NCBI GenBank assembly: GCA_046075945.1
Contig: JBJTRD010000320.1
Coordinates: 1-30,511, forward strand
Origin: Flavobacteriales bacterium
GTDB taxonomy: Bacteria > Bacteroidota > Bacteroidia > Flavobacteriales_D > Sanyastnellaceae
Reading direction: 5' to 3'
Length of the DNA: 30,511 nt
In this document: positions 8,346-19,700 of the stretch, in pieces
How the letters are laid out: the number at the start of each line of letters is the position of its first letter
Numbering within the stretch: the stretch's first letter is position 1
The notes under the pieces: generated by a model
What the model was told of the DNA's origin: nothing
Seen by the model: only the letters and a program-made list of their open reading frames with translations
Database searches by the model: none
Program-made: the position numbers and the translations under genes

Positions 8346-10033
8346 GAGCCGAGCAGCTGCATCTTCTTCTTGATGTCCTCAATTTCACGCTCAGTTGCCT
8401 TTATTTTCTTCTCGATATCCTTGCGAAGAGCTTCCGCACCCTTACCCGTAAAAATACCCATGTTGTTTTCGTACTGGGTAATTTGATGCTTGAGTTTTTC
8501 AATTTTCTCACGCATGAAATTTTTCTCGCGCTTCAGCTGCGCTTCACCATTAGCGCTGCTCTTCAATGAATCGAGCTTACTCCGGAAATTAGACATCTCA
8601 CGTTGCTCGCGGTCTGCGTTTATCTGACCATACTTAACATCGAGCAACTGGTTGTATCGATCCATAACTTCCTTCACCTTGTCTTTTGGCACGAATCCTA
8701 CCGCATGCCAGCGCTCACCAAAAGCCTTTAATGCAGCAAGGTCAGTTCCCTTATTGCCGGTCATCTCCAGCGCTTCCAACTCTACCAGCATATCCGTTTT
8801 CAACGCCAGATTCTGGCCCTGCTCCTCAATGATTTTTGCGTAGTTTTCTTTCTTACGTGCAAAGAAATGATCGCACGTAGACCGGAAGCGCTGCCACAAC
8901 TTTTGCTCCTCTCGCGGATCGGCACCACCTACCGCCTTCCACTCTTCCTGAATTCGCTTCAGCTCATCGGTGGCCGACTTCCAATCATCACTGTTTTGAA
9001 TTGCTCGGGCTCGCTCTATCAGTGATTCCTTCTTTTCCTTGTTGACCTTGTATCCTGAACGCTTCTCCTCAAACAACGCATTACGCTTACTGAAGAAAAG
9101 ATCACAAAGTCCGCGGAATTCCTGCCAAACCTCTTCATTCTCCTTTTTGCGTGCCCAACCTATCGTTCTCCATTCCTCCTGCAACTTGAGCACCTCGTCG
9201 GTCCAGCGGTTGCTGGTTGCCGCATTCGTTATTTCCATCGTCAGAATCTCGCTCATCTTCTGCACCAACTCCGTCTTCCTGGCCAGATTCTCATCGCTAT
9301 GCTTATGAATTTCATCGTAGTGCGCTTGCACACGATTTTGCGACTCACGCAGGATACCGAAAAACAGATCGCCCAACTCCTTAAAGGTTTCTCGCGGTGA
9401 TGGACCAATGTTCATCCATTCGCGTTGAAACTTCTTAATAAGAATCTCCAGGTCGTTAATCACTGTCACCTCCGCCAACTTCTTGGCCTCTTCAATCATC
9501 TCCTCCTTTTTGCGAAGATTGATCTTCAAGTCGTGATCCTGAAGCGTTTTGTAAATATTGATATTGTAGAAAAACTCATGATTAAAACGCTGCCACTTCT
9601 CCTGCAAATCGTGGTATTTATCACCCGGCACATCGCCGATTGCATCCCACTGTTCCTTCAATGCCTTGTGCGTTGAAAAAGCCTTGCCGATATTCTGCTC
9701 GTCCTTGATGAGGACGTCCATTTCAGCGAGTATGGCTTGCTTCTTCTCAAAATTCTGCTGACGTTCTGCAGCGAGCTTTTTGCCGTGCTCTTCTACACGG
9801 TCTTCATATACCTTCAGCAATTCCTGAAACTCGCCTTCCAACTCGTGGGGTGCATATACAAATTCAACATCTTCCGGATGTTCTTCAGCTTTGAAGGCTT
9901 CCAGTTGAATTTGGCGCTCCTTGGCAGTCTCCGCCTTCCAGTCGTTGCGGATTTCACGAACTCCATCGCGCATGGAAGCAACATCCTCCAATGCAAGAAG
10001 CCCGCGCAGTTTAACAATCAATTCTGTCTTCAT
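8342..10033 (-). CDS. DUF349 repeat coiled-coil protein (563 aa)
   Basis: Five repeats with W-x-x-I/V-G cores (WDAIG, WMNIG, WRTIG, WKAVG, WHAVG), each followed by 'W..F....D.FF'-like segments; very K/E-rich. Start set at ATG 10033 because 10081 lies inside the predicted promoter. Confidence 0.85.
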   Translation of the reverse strand: MKTELIVKLRGLLALEDVASMRDGVREIRNDWKAETAKERQIQLEAFKAEEHPEDVEFVYAPHELEGEFQELLKVYEDRVEEHGKKLAAERQQNFEKKQAILAEMDVLIKDEQNIGKAFSTHKALKEQWDAIGDVPGDKYHDLQEKWQRFNHEFFYNINIYKTLQDHDLKINLRKKEEMIEEAKKLAEVTVINDLEILIKKFQREWMNIGPSPRETFKELGDLFFGILRESQNRVQAHYDEIHKHSDENLARKTELVQKMSEILTMEITNAATSNRWTDEVLKLQEEWRTIGWARKKENEEVWQEFRGLCDLFFSKRNALFEEKRSGYKVNKEKKESLIERARAIQNSDDWKSATDELKRIQEEWKAVGGADPREEQKLWQRFRSTCDHFFARKKENYAKIIEEQGQNLALKTDMLVELEALEMTGNKGTDLAALKAFGERWHAVGFVPKDKVKEVMDRYNQLLDVKYGQINADREQREMSNFRSKLDSLKSSANGEAQLKREKNFMREKIEKLKHQITQYENNMGIFTGKGAEALRKDIEKKIKATEREIEDIKKKMQLLGS

Positions 10034-10078
10034 TAAATACTTAATAAATAATCTACCGCCCTTTTCGAACGGGGTTGG

Positions 10079-10086
10079 CAAAAGTA
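10079..10086 (-). promoter_or_regulatory. -7 element TACTTTTG for the DUF349 gene
   Basis: Exact TAnnTTTG match on the minus strand, about 45 nt upstream of ATG 10033, followed by an AT-rich leader. Confidence 0.55.
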
Positions 10087-10224
10087 ATTAAAGTAGCCGC
10101 ACCGAAAAAGGGATTTTTCTTTGGATTTATTTGTTTTTTAGCCGGTTACTTCCCTTTTATAATTGCCGAAGGAGAAGTCGATATTTTTTGGCAGTTCAGC
10201 CCGCCATCTAATGAAGTACCATAC

Positions 10225-10710
10225 ATGAAATACCCCCCTGAAATAGCATACTCCAAAATGGTAGATTGGTGCAATAAGGCTGAGCGCTGTCGCTCCGACA
10301 TCAAACAGAAACTGGCTCGCTGGCAAGCTGAAAAAGAATTTATTTCCAATTGCATTGAACGACTGGAGCGAGGCAATTTGCTAAGCGACGAACGATATGC
10401 CCTGGCCTTTGCGCACGATAAATCAACCCTTCAGCGATGGGGAATCCGTAAAATCCAGATGCATCTCAAAGCGAGAGCCATTTCCGAAGAGTTTATCCGC
10501 CATGCACTTGCCAACCTTCCAACCGAAGTTCACGACGAAAACATCAAAGAATTGACCATGCGAAAATGGCCGAGTCTCAAAGGGAAAAGCGAATTTGAAA
10601 GAACGTCGAAGCTCATCCAGTTTCTGATGCGCAAAGGGTTTTCGTACGATGCCATTAAAAAATCACTGCTCCATATTGGCCTAGAATCACCCGATATTAA
10701 TCACCTGTGA
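10225..10710 (+). CDS. recX: Regulatory protein RecX (161 aa)
   Basis: WCNKAERCRSDIKQKL, LLSDERYALAFAHDK, WGIRKIQMHLKAR and KLIQFLMRKGFSYD match the three-helix RecX repeats. Start set at ATG 10225. Confidence 0.88.
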   Translation: MKYPPEIAYSKMVDWCNKAERCRSDIKQKLARWQAEKEFISNCIERLERGNLLSDERYALAFAHDKSTLQRWGIRKIQMHLKARAISEEFIRHALANLPTEVHDENIKELTMRKWPSLKGKSEFERTSKLIQFLMRKGFSYDAIKKSLLHIGLESPDINHL

Positions 10711-11500
10711 TTTCCTCGTAGGCCGAGGCAAGCGATAAATAGGTGATGGGAAGCGCCGCTAAATATCCGATACAACAAAGCGCGAAACCGGCCACAATCT
10801 CAAGCCAAAGGACCACATTAAGAAGTAAGAATTTGAAGTAGCTTTTCGCAACAATTTTCGCACTTGCACGCAAGGCTTCGAAGGCGCCTAAATTTCTGTA
10901 GACTATAAAAAAGGGAGCAAGGCAGAAAAGGGTAAACACCCCAATAACCAGAAGAGTGGCCAACAGAATAGCTTGCACAACAGCAGGAGGGAAGACCTTG
11001 GATAGTATTTCCCTTGCCTCCTCATCTGTCATTACCTCCGGTTGCTCAGTAAGTATTGGCAACATATCCCGAAAAAAATCTTGTAGGAATGTCAAAAAGA
11101 ATGGAAGCACTGCAACAACCAGAATAAGAACCAGGAAGACAATAATCAAAATATTCTGGAGCACCAGCGATGGCCATGCCGAGCCTCTAAAACCATCGAA
11201 AAAAGCAGAAAATTCCCGGTGCTCATTTCGTTGTTGAAGGCGACCATAGAAAATGAATCCGGCTAGTAATGGCGGTGAAACCAACAGCCCGGCCAAAATG
11301 CCAACTAAAGGCAGCGACTGCGCCACCATATTAAGAGCTATATATACGAGTGCAAAAGCGACATAAATTCCAGGTTCCTGACCAAACCGTTTAAAACCGG
11401 CCGAAAGGTGCTCGCCCACATCGAGCGAGTAACCTTCTGTGATTATGGACTCCTGCGAGCGCGAAGCCGGGCGACTTGAATTGGATGATGGGTCTTCCAT
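10697..11500 (-). CDS. Integral membrane protein of unknown function (DUF975/BPSS1780-like, 267 aa)
   Basis: Several TM segments; family-like motifs 'EHLSAGFKRF', 'SAFFDGFRG', 'GAFEALRASAKIV' and 'GFALCCIGYLAALP'. Confidence 0.65.
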   Translation of the reverse strand: MEDPSSNSSRPASRSQESIITEGYSLDVGEHLSAGFKRFGQEPGIYVAFALVYIALNMVAQSLPLVGILAGLLVSPPLLAGFIFYGRLQQRNEHREFSAFFDGFRGSAWPSLVLQNILIIVFLVLILVVAVLPFFLTFLQDFFRDMLPILTEQPEVMTDEEAREILSKVFPPAVVQAILLATLLVIGVFTLFCLAPFFIVYRNLGAFEALRASAKIVAKSYFKFLLLNVVLWLEIVAGFALCCIGYLAALPITYLSLASAYEEITGD

Positions 11501-11536
11501 TGTGAAAGAGTGTCTGAATAGTTTACTTTATGTCGG

Positions 11537-11554
11537 TAAAGATAACTACCTTCG
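11537..11554. promoter_or_regulatory. Back-to-back divergent -7-like elements: TATCTTTA (minus, 11544-11537) and TACCTTCG (plus, 11547-11554)
   Basis: Each is one mismatch from TAnnTTTG, and they sit in the 88-nt gap between the divergent membrane-protein gene and prfB. Confidence 0.45.
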
Positions 11555-11588
11555 CAGCCGCATTTTTCAAATTCAGTGCTAAATCATT

Positions 11589-12693
11589 ATGGCAATTACA
11601 AGCGATGCTATCGGTGAGCTGAAGGAGCGCGTTACTGCGCTCGGGAGGTACCTTTGACGTTGAAGTAAAACTACTTCAAATAAAGGAAGACGAGAAGCTC
11701 ACCCAAGACCCCGACTTCTGGAACGACGCAAAAAAAGCCGAACAGGTGATGCGTCAAATTCGCAATAAAAAAATCTGGACCGACGCATTCAAAAGTTGTT
11801 CTGACGCTGTTGAAGACTTGGCTGTGCTCTTCGATTTTTTCAAAGAACAGGCAGCATCAGAAGAAGAATTAGAGGCGCAATTCCTACTCGCATCAAACCG
11901 AGTGGAGGATCTCGAATTCAAGAACATGCTGAGTGCTGAAGAAGACGGATTGAACGCAGTTCTTCAAATAACAGCAGGGGCCGGCGGCACTGAGAGTTGC
12001 GACTGGGCCGGTATGCTCATGCGCATGTACGTGATGTGGGCACAGAAAAACAGCCACACCGTTAAAGAGCTCGATTTACAAGAGGGCGACGTAGCCGGTG
12101 TAAAACAATGCACACTCGAAATTGATGGCGAATTTGCCTTTGGTATGCTGAAGGGTGAAAACGGCGTACATCGCCTGGTTCGCATTTCTCCGTTCGATTC
12201 GAACGCCCGCAGACATACTTCTTTCGTCAGCGTGTATGTGTATCCGCTCGTCGACGATTCGATTGAAATTGCCATCAACCCGGCCGACATTACCTGGGAC
12301 ACGTTCCGAAGCGGAGGTGCCGGCGGACAAAATGTAAACAAAGTTGAGACAGGTGTGCGCCTGCGACATGCGCCCACAGGCATCATCATCGACAATACCG
12401 AGACACGCTCTCAACTTCAGAATAAAGAGAAAGCTATGCAGCTTTTGAAATCTCAGCTCTACGAAATGGAGTTGGAAAAACGCAATGCAGCACGCAGCGA
12501 AATCGAAGCAACAAAAAAGAAAATTGAGTGGGGATCTCAAATACGCAACTATGTAATGCAACCTTACAAGCTGGTGAAAGATGTGCGCACCGGGGTTGAA
12601 ACATCGGATGTAGATGCGGTGATGGACGGCTACCTCGACGAATTTTTGAAAGGCTACCTCATGCAAAAAGGCAAGGCAGCAGAAACATTTTAA
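11589..12693 (+). CDS. prfB: Peptide chain release factor 2, translated via programmed +1 frameshift (367 aa)
   Basis: ATG 11589 gives [22 protein letters not shown], then CTT-TGA-C at 11652-11658. The +1 frame continues [11 protein letters not shown]... into the 11746 ORF, which has GAGGTES, the SPF anticodon motif and GGQ. Confidence 0.97.
11643..11658 (+). other. RF2 programmed +1 ribosomal frameshift site (GGGAGG-TAC-CTT-TGA-C)
   Basis: Canonical CTT-TGA-C shift site with an SD-like GGGAGG 3 nt upstream. Confidence 0.95.
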
Positions 12694-12716
12694 ACCTCGA
12701 AAGAAATTCTACTCAT

Positions 12717-14114
12717 ATGGAATACAGAATTGAAAAAGACACCATGGGCGAAGTGAAAGTGCCTGCTCATGTATACTGGGGCGCACAAACAGAGCGTTCG
12801 CGCAACAACTTTAAAATCGGTCCTGAGGCATCGATGCCGAAAGAAATCATTCGCGCGTTTGCCATTTTGAAAAAAGCTGCGGCGCACGCCAACTGCGAAT
12901 TGGGAGTATTGCCGGCAGAAAAGCGCGACGCGATTGGCGCTGTTTGCGATGAAATTCTGGCCGGTAAACTCGACGATCAGTTTCCACTCGTTATATGGCA
13001 AACCGGCAGCGGTACACAGAGCAACATGAACATGAATGAAGTGATTGCCAACCGCGCACACTTGATGCTCGGAGGAAAACTCGGCGACACAGAAATGTTG
13101 CTCGGCGCCAACGACGACGTGAACAAATCACAATCTTCGAACGACACCTACCCCACTGCAATGCACATCGCAGCATATGAGTCGGTCGTCAAAAAAACCG
13201 TACCCGGTTTAACACTGCTGCGGAACACGCTGCAAGCAAAAAGCAAAGAGTTCATGCAGGTCGTGAAGATTGGTCGTACCCACTTGATGGATGCAACGCC
13301 CGTTACACTTGGACAAGAGTTGAGCGGTTATGTGGCCCAACTCAATCATGGTTTGCGCGCGTTGAACAACACGCTTTCACACCTGGGCGAACTTGCGCTG
13401 GGTGGAACAGCGGTAGGCACCGGGCTCAATGCACCCAAAGGATATTCAGAACTCGTGGCCAAAAAAATCGCTGAGTTCAGCGGCCTTCCATTTACCAGTG
13501 CGCCCAATAAGTTTGAAGCATTGGCAGCACACGACGGCATCGTTGAAAGCCATGGAGCGCTGAAGCAACTCGCCGTTTCACTCAATAAAATAGCCAACGA
13601 CATTCGTATGATGGCCAGCGGCCCGCGCAGTGGCATTGGCGAAATTTTCATTCCGGAAAACGAGCCGGGTAGCAGCATCATGCCGGGTAAAGTAAATCCC
13701 ACACAATGCGAAGCACTCACCATGGTGTGTGCTCAGGTAATGGGCAACGATGTAGCCATCACTGTTGGTGGAACACAAGGACATTATGAGTTGAACGTAT
13801 TCAAACCAATGATGGCCTACAACTTCCTGCAAAGCGCAGAGTTGCTTGGTGACGCATGTGTATCGTTCAACGATCACTGCGCTGCCGGCATCGAACCAAA
13901 TCACGAACGCATTCAACAATTGGTAGATCAGTCGCTGATGCTTGTGACCGCACTCAATACGAAAATCGGCTATTACAAAGCAGCCGAGATTGCGAAGGCC
14001 GCTCATAAAAACGGAACAACGTTGAAAGAAGAAGCCGTTCGCCTCGGACACGTCAGCGCTGAAGACTACGACCGGTGGGTGATACCTGCAAACATGGTGG
14101 GCAATCTTTCGTGA
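12717..14114 (+). CDS. fumC: Class II fumarate hydratase (465 aa)
   Basis: [33 protein letters not shown] and the signature [15 protein letters not shown]. Confidence 0.98.
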   Translation: MEYRIEKDTMGEVKVPAHVYWGAQTERSRNNFKIGPEASMPKEIIRAFAILKKAAAHANCELGVLPAEKRDAIGAVCDEILAGKLDDQFPLVIWQTGSGTQSNMNMNEVIANRAHLMLGGKLGDTEMLLGANDDVNKSQSSNDTYPTAMHIAAYESVVKKTVPGLTLLRNTLQAKSKEFMQVVKIGRTHLMDATPVTLGQELSGYVAQLNHGLRALNNTLSHLGELALGGTAVGTGLNAPKGYSELVAKKIAEFSGLPFTSAPNKFEALAAHDGIVESHGALKQLAVSLNKIANDIRMMASGPRSGIGEIFIPENEPGSSIMPGKVNPTQCEALTMVCAQVMGNDVAITVGGTQGHYELNVFKPMMAYNFLQSAELLGDACVSFNDHCAAGIEPNHERIQQLVDQSLMLVTALNTKIGYYKAAEIAKAAHKNGTTLKEEAVRLGHVSAEDYDRWVIPANMVGNLS

Positions 14115-14172
14115 CAAGAATGAAATCGGGAGCGATACCGAATACGATTCATAGTATTCGCTGCAATTTTAT

Positions 14173-16644
14173 CTAGAGAGGGTCAACATCCACGCTCAAC
14201 CTCACCTGCTTATAGTCGGACTCCGACAATCGCTGGCGAATCATTTGAAGAATTGTTGCCTTGATGGCCTCGCTTTCCCTGCGCTTGTCGAGCCTAACCA
14301 AAAACTGCTGCAGATGATAATTGTTGATACGCGGAATGTAAGGCCGCTCAGGTCCGAGCACGCGGTCTTTCAACACCGGTGATATGATGCGCTGAACCTC
14401 CTGTGCAGCGCGCTGTGCAATCGCATCATCCTTATGTTTCAAGGTGATGCGCATCAACCGAACGAACGGCGGATACACAAATTGATAACGTTCACGGACT
14501 TCCCGCTCGTAAAAAGACTTGTAGTCGCCCTTCACTACCAAATCGAGCAACCAGTGCTCCGGGTTGTAGGTTTGAATGAGCACCTTCCCGCGTTTATTTT
14601 TTCTGCCTGCGCGCCCCGACACCTGCAGCATAATCTGGAAGCTTCGTTCCATAGCGCGGAAATCGGGATAATTCATCATTTTATCGGCGCTTAAAATTCC
14701 AACCAACGATACATTGTCGAAGTCGAGGCCCTTTGTTACCATTTGGGTTCCGACCAGAATCTGGGTTTGACCCGATTCAAAATCACTGATAATTTTTCGA
14801 TAACTCGACTTGCTGCGGGTTGTGTCCAAGTCCATGCGTTGAATACGCACGTCGGGAAAATGAGCCTGCAAATCTTCTTCAATTTTCTCGGTTCCAAAAC
14901 CAAGCATTTTCATGTCAACCGTGCCACATGCATGACATGCGGGCACGGGCGGAGTTGTATAGCCGCAATAATGGCAACGCAGTTGGTGCGAGAATTTGTG
15001 GTAGGTTAAACTTACATCGCAGCGTGTGCACATTGGCACCCAGCCGCAACTTTCACATTCCCACAATGGCGCATATCCTCGCCGATTCTGGAACAAAATG
15101 ATTTGCTCGCCTGCCTCAATGACACGCTGCATTTCTGTAATCATTTCCCGGGTGAAATTGCCGTGCATCGTTTTGGCCTTTATCTCCTTTCGCACGTCAC
15201 ACAATACCACTTCAGGCAATTGCAACCCACCAAAACGCTCATGCAATTCGACGAGTCCATATCGACCATTTACCGCGTTCCAATAGCTTTCAACGGATGG
15301 GGTTGCGGAACCCAGGAGCACTTTCGCACCAAAGCGTGTAGCAAGCCACAATGCTGTATCGCGAGCTTGATAACGAGGTGAAGGATCGTGCTGCTTAAAG
15401 CTCTGCTCGTGCTCCTCATCAACGATAACAAGTCCCAACCGATTGAAAGGAAGAAACAACGCACTGCGAGCACCCAACACAACATCGCATTCACCCGGAA
15501 TATCGCTCAACACTTTATTCCAAACTTCAGTGCGCTCATTATCGCTATAGCCACTATGATACACCCCCACGCGTTTTCCAAAAAACCTTCGCAGGCGTTG
15601 TATAATCTGTGTGGTCAATGCAATTTCCGGGAGGAGAAACAACACTTGCTTTCCCTGCGCAAGTGTCTCTTCAATGAGTGTTGCATACACTTCCGTTTTT
15701 CCGCTGGAGGTAACGCCATGCAGCAAACACACATCTTTATCGCTCCAAGCTTGTATAACAGCTTCTCGTGCATTTCGCTGTGCCTCAGAAAGCTCGCGGG
15801 TAGGCGATGTCGGAACCAAATCAGCATTAAGACGACCAACTTCACGCGTTATCAATGTAAATATTTCCTTATCTACCAGCGCCAAAACAACCGCTGCGGT
15901 CACGCCGTGTTTTTGCAATTTAGATCGTTCCAGTTCCGAGGCTCGTTTCCCATCCCAATGAGTGAGCTGAAGAAATAACATCAGTGCATCAGCTTGCTTT
16001 TGCGCTCTGCGTGTTTCCAGATCAGCGAACAAACGTTGAAGTTTTTCCTCTGAATCGTACTGATTGGAAAGTGAAAGAAAGTCGGCTGTTTTAGGACGAA
16101 ACTTCTCTTTTATTTCTTCCTCACTTCGCAGCCATCCCAATTCAACAAGATGTTTCGCGATAGGCTGCACTTGTTTAATCGCAAGCAAGTCGGCCATATC
16201 GTCCAGCGTCATACTACCCCTTGCACGCAAGGCCCTTACAACCGCTTGTTCATTATCAGAAAGCGATGACTCATCTTCCTCACATACCAGCACAAATTTT
16301 GTTTCACTGGAAAGCTTCAATCCTGCGGGCAATGCTGCATTCATCACATCGCCCGTCGTGCAGCAATAATAGGTGGCCATCCAATCCCACAAGGCCAACT
16401 GCTCGGCCCCTACGAGAGCATGCGCATCAAGCAGCGCATCGATGTACTTCGCCTGATAGTTTGTTGGACCTGTGGTGTGCAGCCTGCGAATTACGCCCGT
16501 AATAAGTTTGGACTTTCCCAGGGGAACCACTACCCGTTGGCCTACCAATACGTGTTCATTCCAATCGAAGGGCACACGATACGTCAGCGGAACGGGCAAT
16601 GCCTGAGGCACAATAACATCCGCAAACAAAGTCACACGCTCCAT
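14173..16644 (-). CDS. priA: Primosomal protein N' (replication restart helicase, 823 aa)
   Basis: LTYRVP N-terminal domain, Walker A GVTSSGKT, DEEH, Cys-rich CxxC x4 zinc region, ILVGTQMVTKGLDF and QVSGRAGR. Start set at ATG 16644 because the longer start (16695) lies in a terminator hairpin. Confidence 0.96.
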   Translation of the reverse strand: MERVTLFADVIVPQALPVPLTYRVPFDWNEHVLVGQRVVVPLGKSKLITGVIRRLHTTGPTNYQAKYIDALLDAHALVGAEQLALWDWMATYYCCTTGDVMNAALPAGLKLSSETKFVLVCEEDESSLSDNEQAVVRALRARGSMTLDDMADLLAIKQVQPIAKHLVELGWLRSEEEIKEKFRPKTADFLSLSNQYDSEEKLQRLFADLETRRAQKQADALMLFLQLTHWDGKRASELERSKLQKHGVTAAVVLALVDKEIFTLITREVGRLNADLVPTSPTRELSEAQRNAREAVIQAWSDKDVCLLHGVTSSGKTEVYATLIEETLAQGKQVLFLLPEIALTTQIIQRLRRFFGKRVGVYHSGYSDNERTEVWNKVLSDIPGECDVVLGARSALFLPFNRLGLVIVDEEHEQSFKQHDPSPRYQARDTALWLATRFGAKVLLGSATPSVESYWNAVNGRYGLVELHERFGGLQLPEVVLCDVRKEIKAKTMHGNFTREMITEMQRVIEAGEQIILFQNRRGYAPLWECESCGWVPMCTRCDVSLTYHKFSHQLRCHYCGYTTPPVPACHACGTVDMKMLGFGTEKIEEDLQAHFPDVRIQRMDLDTTRSKSSYRKIISDFESGQTQILVGTQMVTKGLDFDNVSLVGILSADKMMNYPDFRAMERSFQIMLQVSGRAGRKNKRGKVLIQTYNPEHWLLDLVVKGDYKSFYEREVRERYQFVYPPFVRLMRITLKHKDDAIAQRAAQEVQRIISPVLKDRVLGPERPYIPRINNYHLQQFLVRLDKRRESEAIKATILQMIRQRLSESDYKQVRLSVDVDPL

Positions 16645-16649
16645 AGATG

Positions 16650-16657
16650 CGAAGATA
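16650..16657 (-). promoter_or_regulatory. -7-like element TATCTTCG, 5 nt upstream of the priA ATG
   Basis: One mismatch from TAnnTTTG; same 5-nt spacing to the ATG as at panD. Confidence 0.5.
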
Positions 16658-16692
16658 CGTCGACCGGAAACGCCTTGCCATTGCCACATAAA

Positions 16693-16723
16693 CAAAAGAC
16701 CCGCATGACTTGCGGGTCTTTTG
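16693..16723. terminator. Intrinsic terminator (possibly bidirectional) downstream of the 1623-aa gene
   Basis: Perfect 13-bp inverted repeat CAAAAGACCCGCA-tgact-TGCGGGTCTTTTG with T-runs on both strands, 21 nt past the stop at 16745. Confidence 0.85.
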
Positions 16724-16744
16724 AATACGATTCAACTATATGCT

Positions 16745-19700
16745 TTATCGCACGATAGGCAGACGTGTGGTAACCTTGTTTTCACCGTTACCAAACTGAA
16801 TAATATACATGCCGCTACTAAACTGATCTGTATCAACGACCATCGAACGCATTTCACCGGCATTCATTTCACCGGCAAACAAATTCGTAACAAGGCGACC
16901 ATTCAAATCATAAACATCCACGCCCCAGCGACCGGATTCGTTGGCGGTGTATTGCACTGCTACTCGATTCATAGCTTCCTGCCATGTACGAAGTTCTGCA
17001 TTGCTCAATTGTGGCATTTGGCTGGCCTGCTGGAATGAAATAAGCTGCGTGTGGCAGGTAAAGTTTCCGGTGCAATCCTCTGCGCACCATGTTCTTTCTA
17101 TTGTACCACATCCACCATCTACCTGAATGTTCTCCGAATACTGCACTTCGATGTCACCGCCGCAATTATCAACAGCTGTAATTGCAGGAGTTTCTGGTGC
17201 TGCGGCTCCACAATCAAGCACTATAGACTCAGGGTATTCACTCAGTTCAGGTGCTGTCTGATCCAGGAAAGTAATAATCTGAACTTGCTGACTAACATTA
17301 CCACAGTCATCTGTGGCGGTCCAACGACGGGAAACGATTGTAAAGCAGTCAAAAGACTCCTCTGTTTCAGTGAGAGTTATAGTTGGTAGAGCAGAGCAAT
17401 TATCAATAACCACCACATTGTCACTCGGAATTTGCTCGCCGCAATCCAAAATTAAATCACCGGAAACACCAATAATTTGTGGAGCTTCCGTATCAGCAAC
17501 ATTCAACACATAACTTGCTGTGGTTTCATTACCACAAGCATCGGAAAGGGTACATGTGCGAATGAGTGTGTAGCTATTTGCGCAATCGCCGGGCACTAGC
17601 TCCTCGTTCCAACTTACGTTCACATTTGAGCAGTCGTCAATAAAATCTATACTCACTTCTTCCACAGGAGTTACCGCGTCGCAAGACACATCGCCATCGG
17701 CAGGGAACGAAGTAAATTCAGGTGCAACCTGATCACCAAAGATGATTGTTTGTTCTGCAAAAGCAGTATTTCCACAAGCATCCGTTGCTGTATATGTTCT
17801 CTGAATGACGCCACACCCTGTACCTGAAGCGTTGCTATCCTCGTAACTAATAACTACGTCGCCTGCACAATTATCGGTTGCTGTAACAGCGACACCATCT
17901 AACCCGCCGCATGCCAGTTCTATCTGAGCGGGGAATGGGTCAAATACAGGTGCCGTTGTATCCGTAATTGTAATTGTCTGCACAAGAGATGTTGAATTGC
18001 CACACAAATCTGTTGCGGTGTAGGTGCGATTCACGACATATGAACCGGCACAATCTCCTGTGAGAATAGTTTCTTCAAAAGTTACCTCTGTTGGCTCAGA
18101 GCACGCATCGGTTGCCTCGAGGGTGATGGCATCAGGAATTTCATCACCGCATGAAAGCGTTATGTTTTCCGGGGTTGAAAGGAACACAGGACCCTCGTTG
18201 TCTTCGAATACGATTATTTGAACGAAATCTGCGCTATTGCCGCAATCATCCGTAGCAGTGTATACACGCATAATTTGATAACCACAACCAAAAGACTGCT
18301 CTTCATCTGTGTGCGACATCTCAACAATTCCGCACGCATCGATAGCAACGACATCGGCGGCTGGTGCATCATCACCGCAGCTTAACAGAATAGTTTGGGG
18401 TACATTTTCAAATGAAGGGGCCGTTTCATCAATAACATTCACAACCTGCTCAGCCGTGCTCCAGTTGCCACAACCATCTGTCGCGGTGAATATTCGAACA
18501 TAACTATTACCACAACCGCCAATTGCGAATTGTTCCTCGGTAACTGAAACCACCGAACAATCGTCAGTCACAACCGGTTCGTCCAATACGGCTTCCTCTC
18601 CACAATAAATAGTCACTTCTTCGGGAACACTTATAAAGGCGGGAGCAGCATTATCGATGAACGTAATTTCCTGCACTATGCTGGTTGTATTGCCGCACGC
18701 ATCCGATGCTGAATAAATTCTTTGCAATGTTGAGCCACATGAGGTAGAAATTATCTGGTCCTCCACGTTCAACACAATATCATCCTGATTCGAGCAATTG
18801 TCTGTTGCGAAAGTTTCTGAGTATGGTAATTCAACGCCACACGTGAGCACCGTATCGGCCGGAACTCCAAATAAAACGGGTGCTATTTCATCAACAACAA
18901 AAATTGTTTGCATTACAGAGGCACTGTTTCCGCATACGTCTGTAACAGTATATGTTCGCTCGATGTTATAGCCTCCGGGGCAGCCTGCGGGAATCAACTC
19001 ATCGGTAACAGCGATAGTTGCATCACTACAATTATCTTCAAAGACAATGAGGCCGGCATCGGCGGCCGGAACCTGATCGCAACCTGCTGTCATATCCTCT
19101 GGATACGATACAATAACCGGAGCGGTATCATCACTGTATGTTATTTCCTGGTCGAACGTCGAAACGTTGCCGCAGGCGTCTGTCGCAAACCAGTGACGGA
19201 TAAGACTGCCTGAGCAACCCGCATTGCCGGCTGCTTCGTCTTCAAACGTAATGGTAACCTCTGAGCAATTATCTTCCACTACCGGCAGCGGTCCATCCGC
19301 AGCAGCACCACATGCAGAAACAACGTTCTCCGGTACCGATACAAAAACTGGGGCCGTCGTGTCTTCGAAGAAAATTACACGTTGAGCAGTTGAAGAATTA
19401 CCGCAACCATCGGTAGCTGTGTACGTGCGAAGTATCTGTACCCCACAGTCAGCAGCCGTTTCATCATCGGTGTATTCGATAGAAACTACCTCTGAACACG
19501 CATCCGTAACAACAGGTACAGGCACATCTAAATCACTGATAGCATCGCCACAACTTGCATAGATTGTTTCCAATGGCAATTCAAACTCAGGCCCAACGTT
19601 GTCTGTGAGGGCATATGTGCGCTGCTCAGAAGCAACATTTCCACAAGCATCTGTGGCGGTCCAGGTGTAGGTTACAATACTTCCGCAGTTACCCGGAGTA

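Noticed and set aside
10075-10224. 50-aa hydrophobic N-terminal extension of RecX in the ORF track
   Set aside because: It starts at a TTG overlapping the DUF349 promoter and translates T-rich intergenic DNA. RecX similarity begins only after Met 10225.
11964-14117. Long antisense ORFs (143, 196, 123, 125 and 179 aa) opposite prfB and fumC
   Set aside because: These are typical antisense open frames of highly conserved genes, with no motifs or start context.
14139-14160. CGAATAC-8 nt-GTATTCG hairpin between convergent fumC and priA
   Set aside because: The stem is weak and AT-rich with no adjacent U-tract, so it is not enough to call a terminator.
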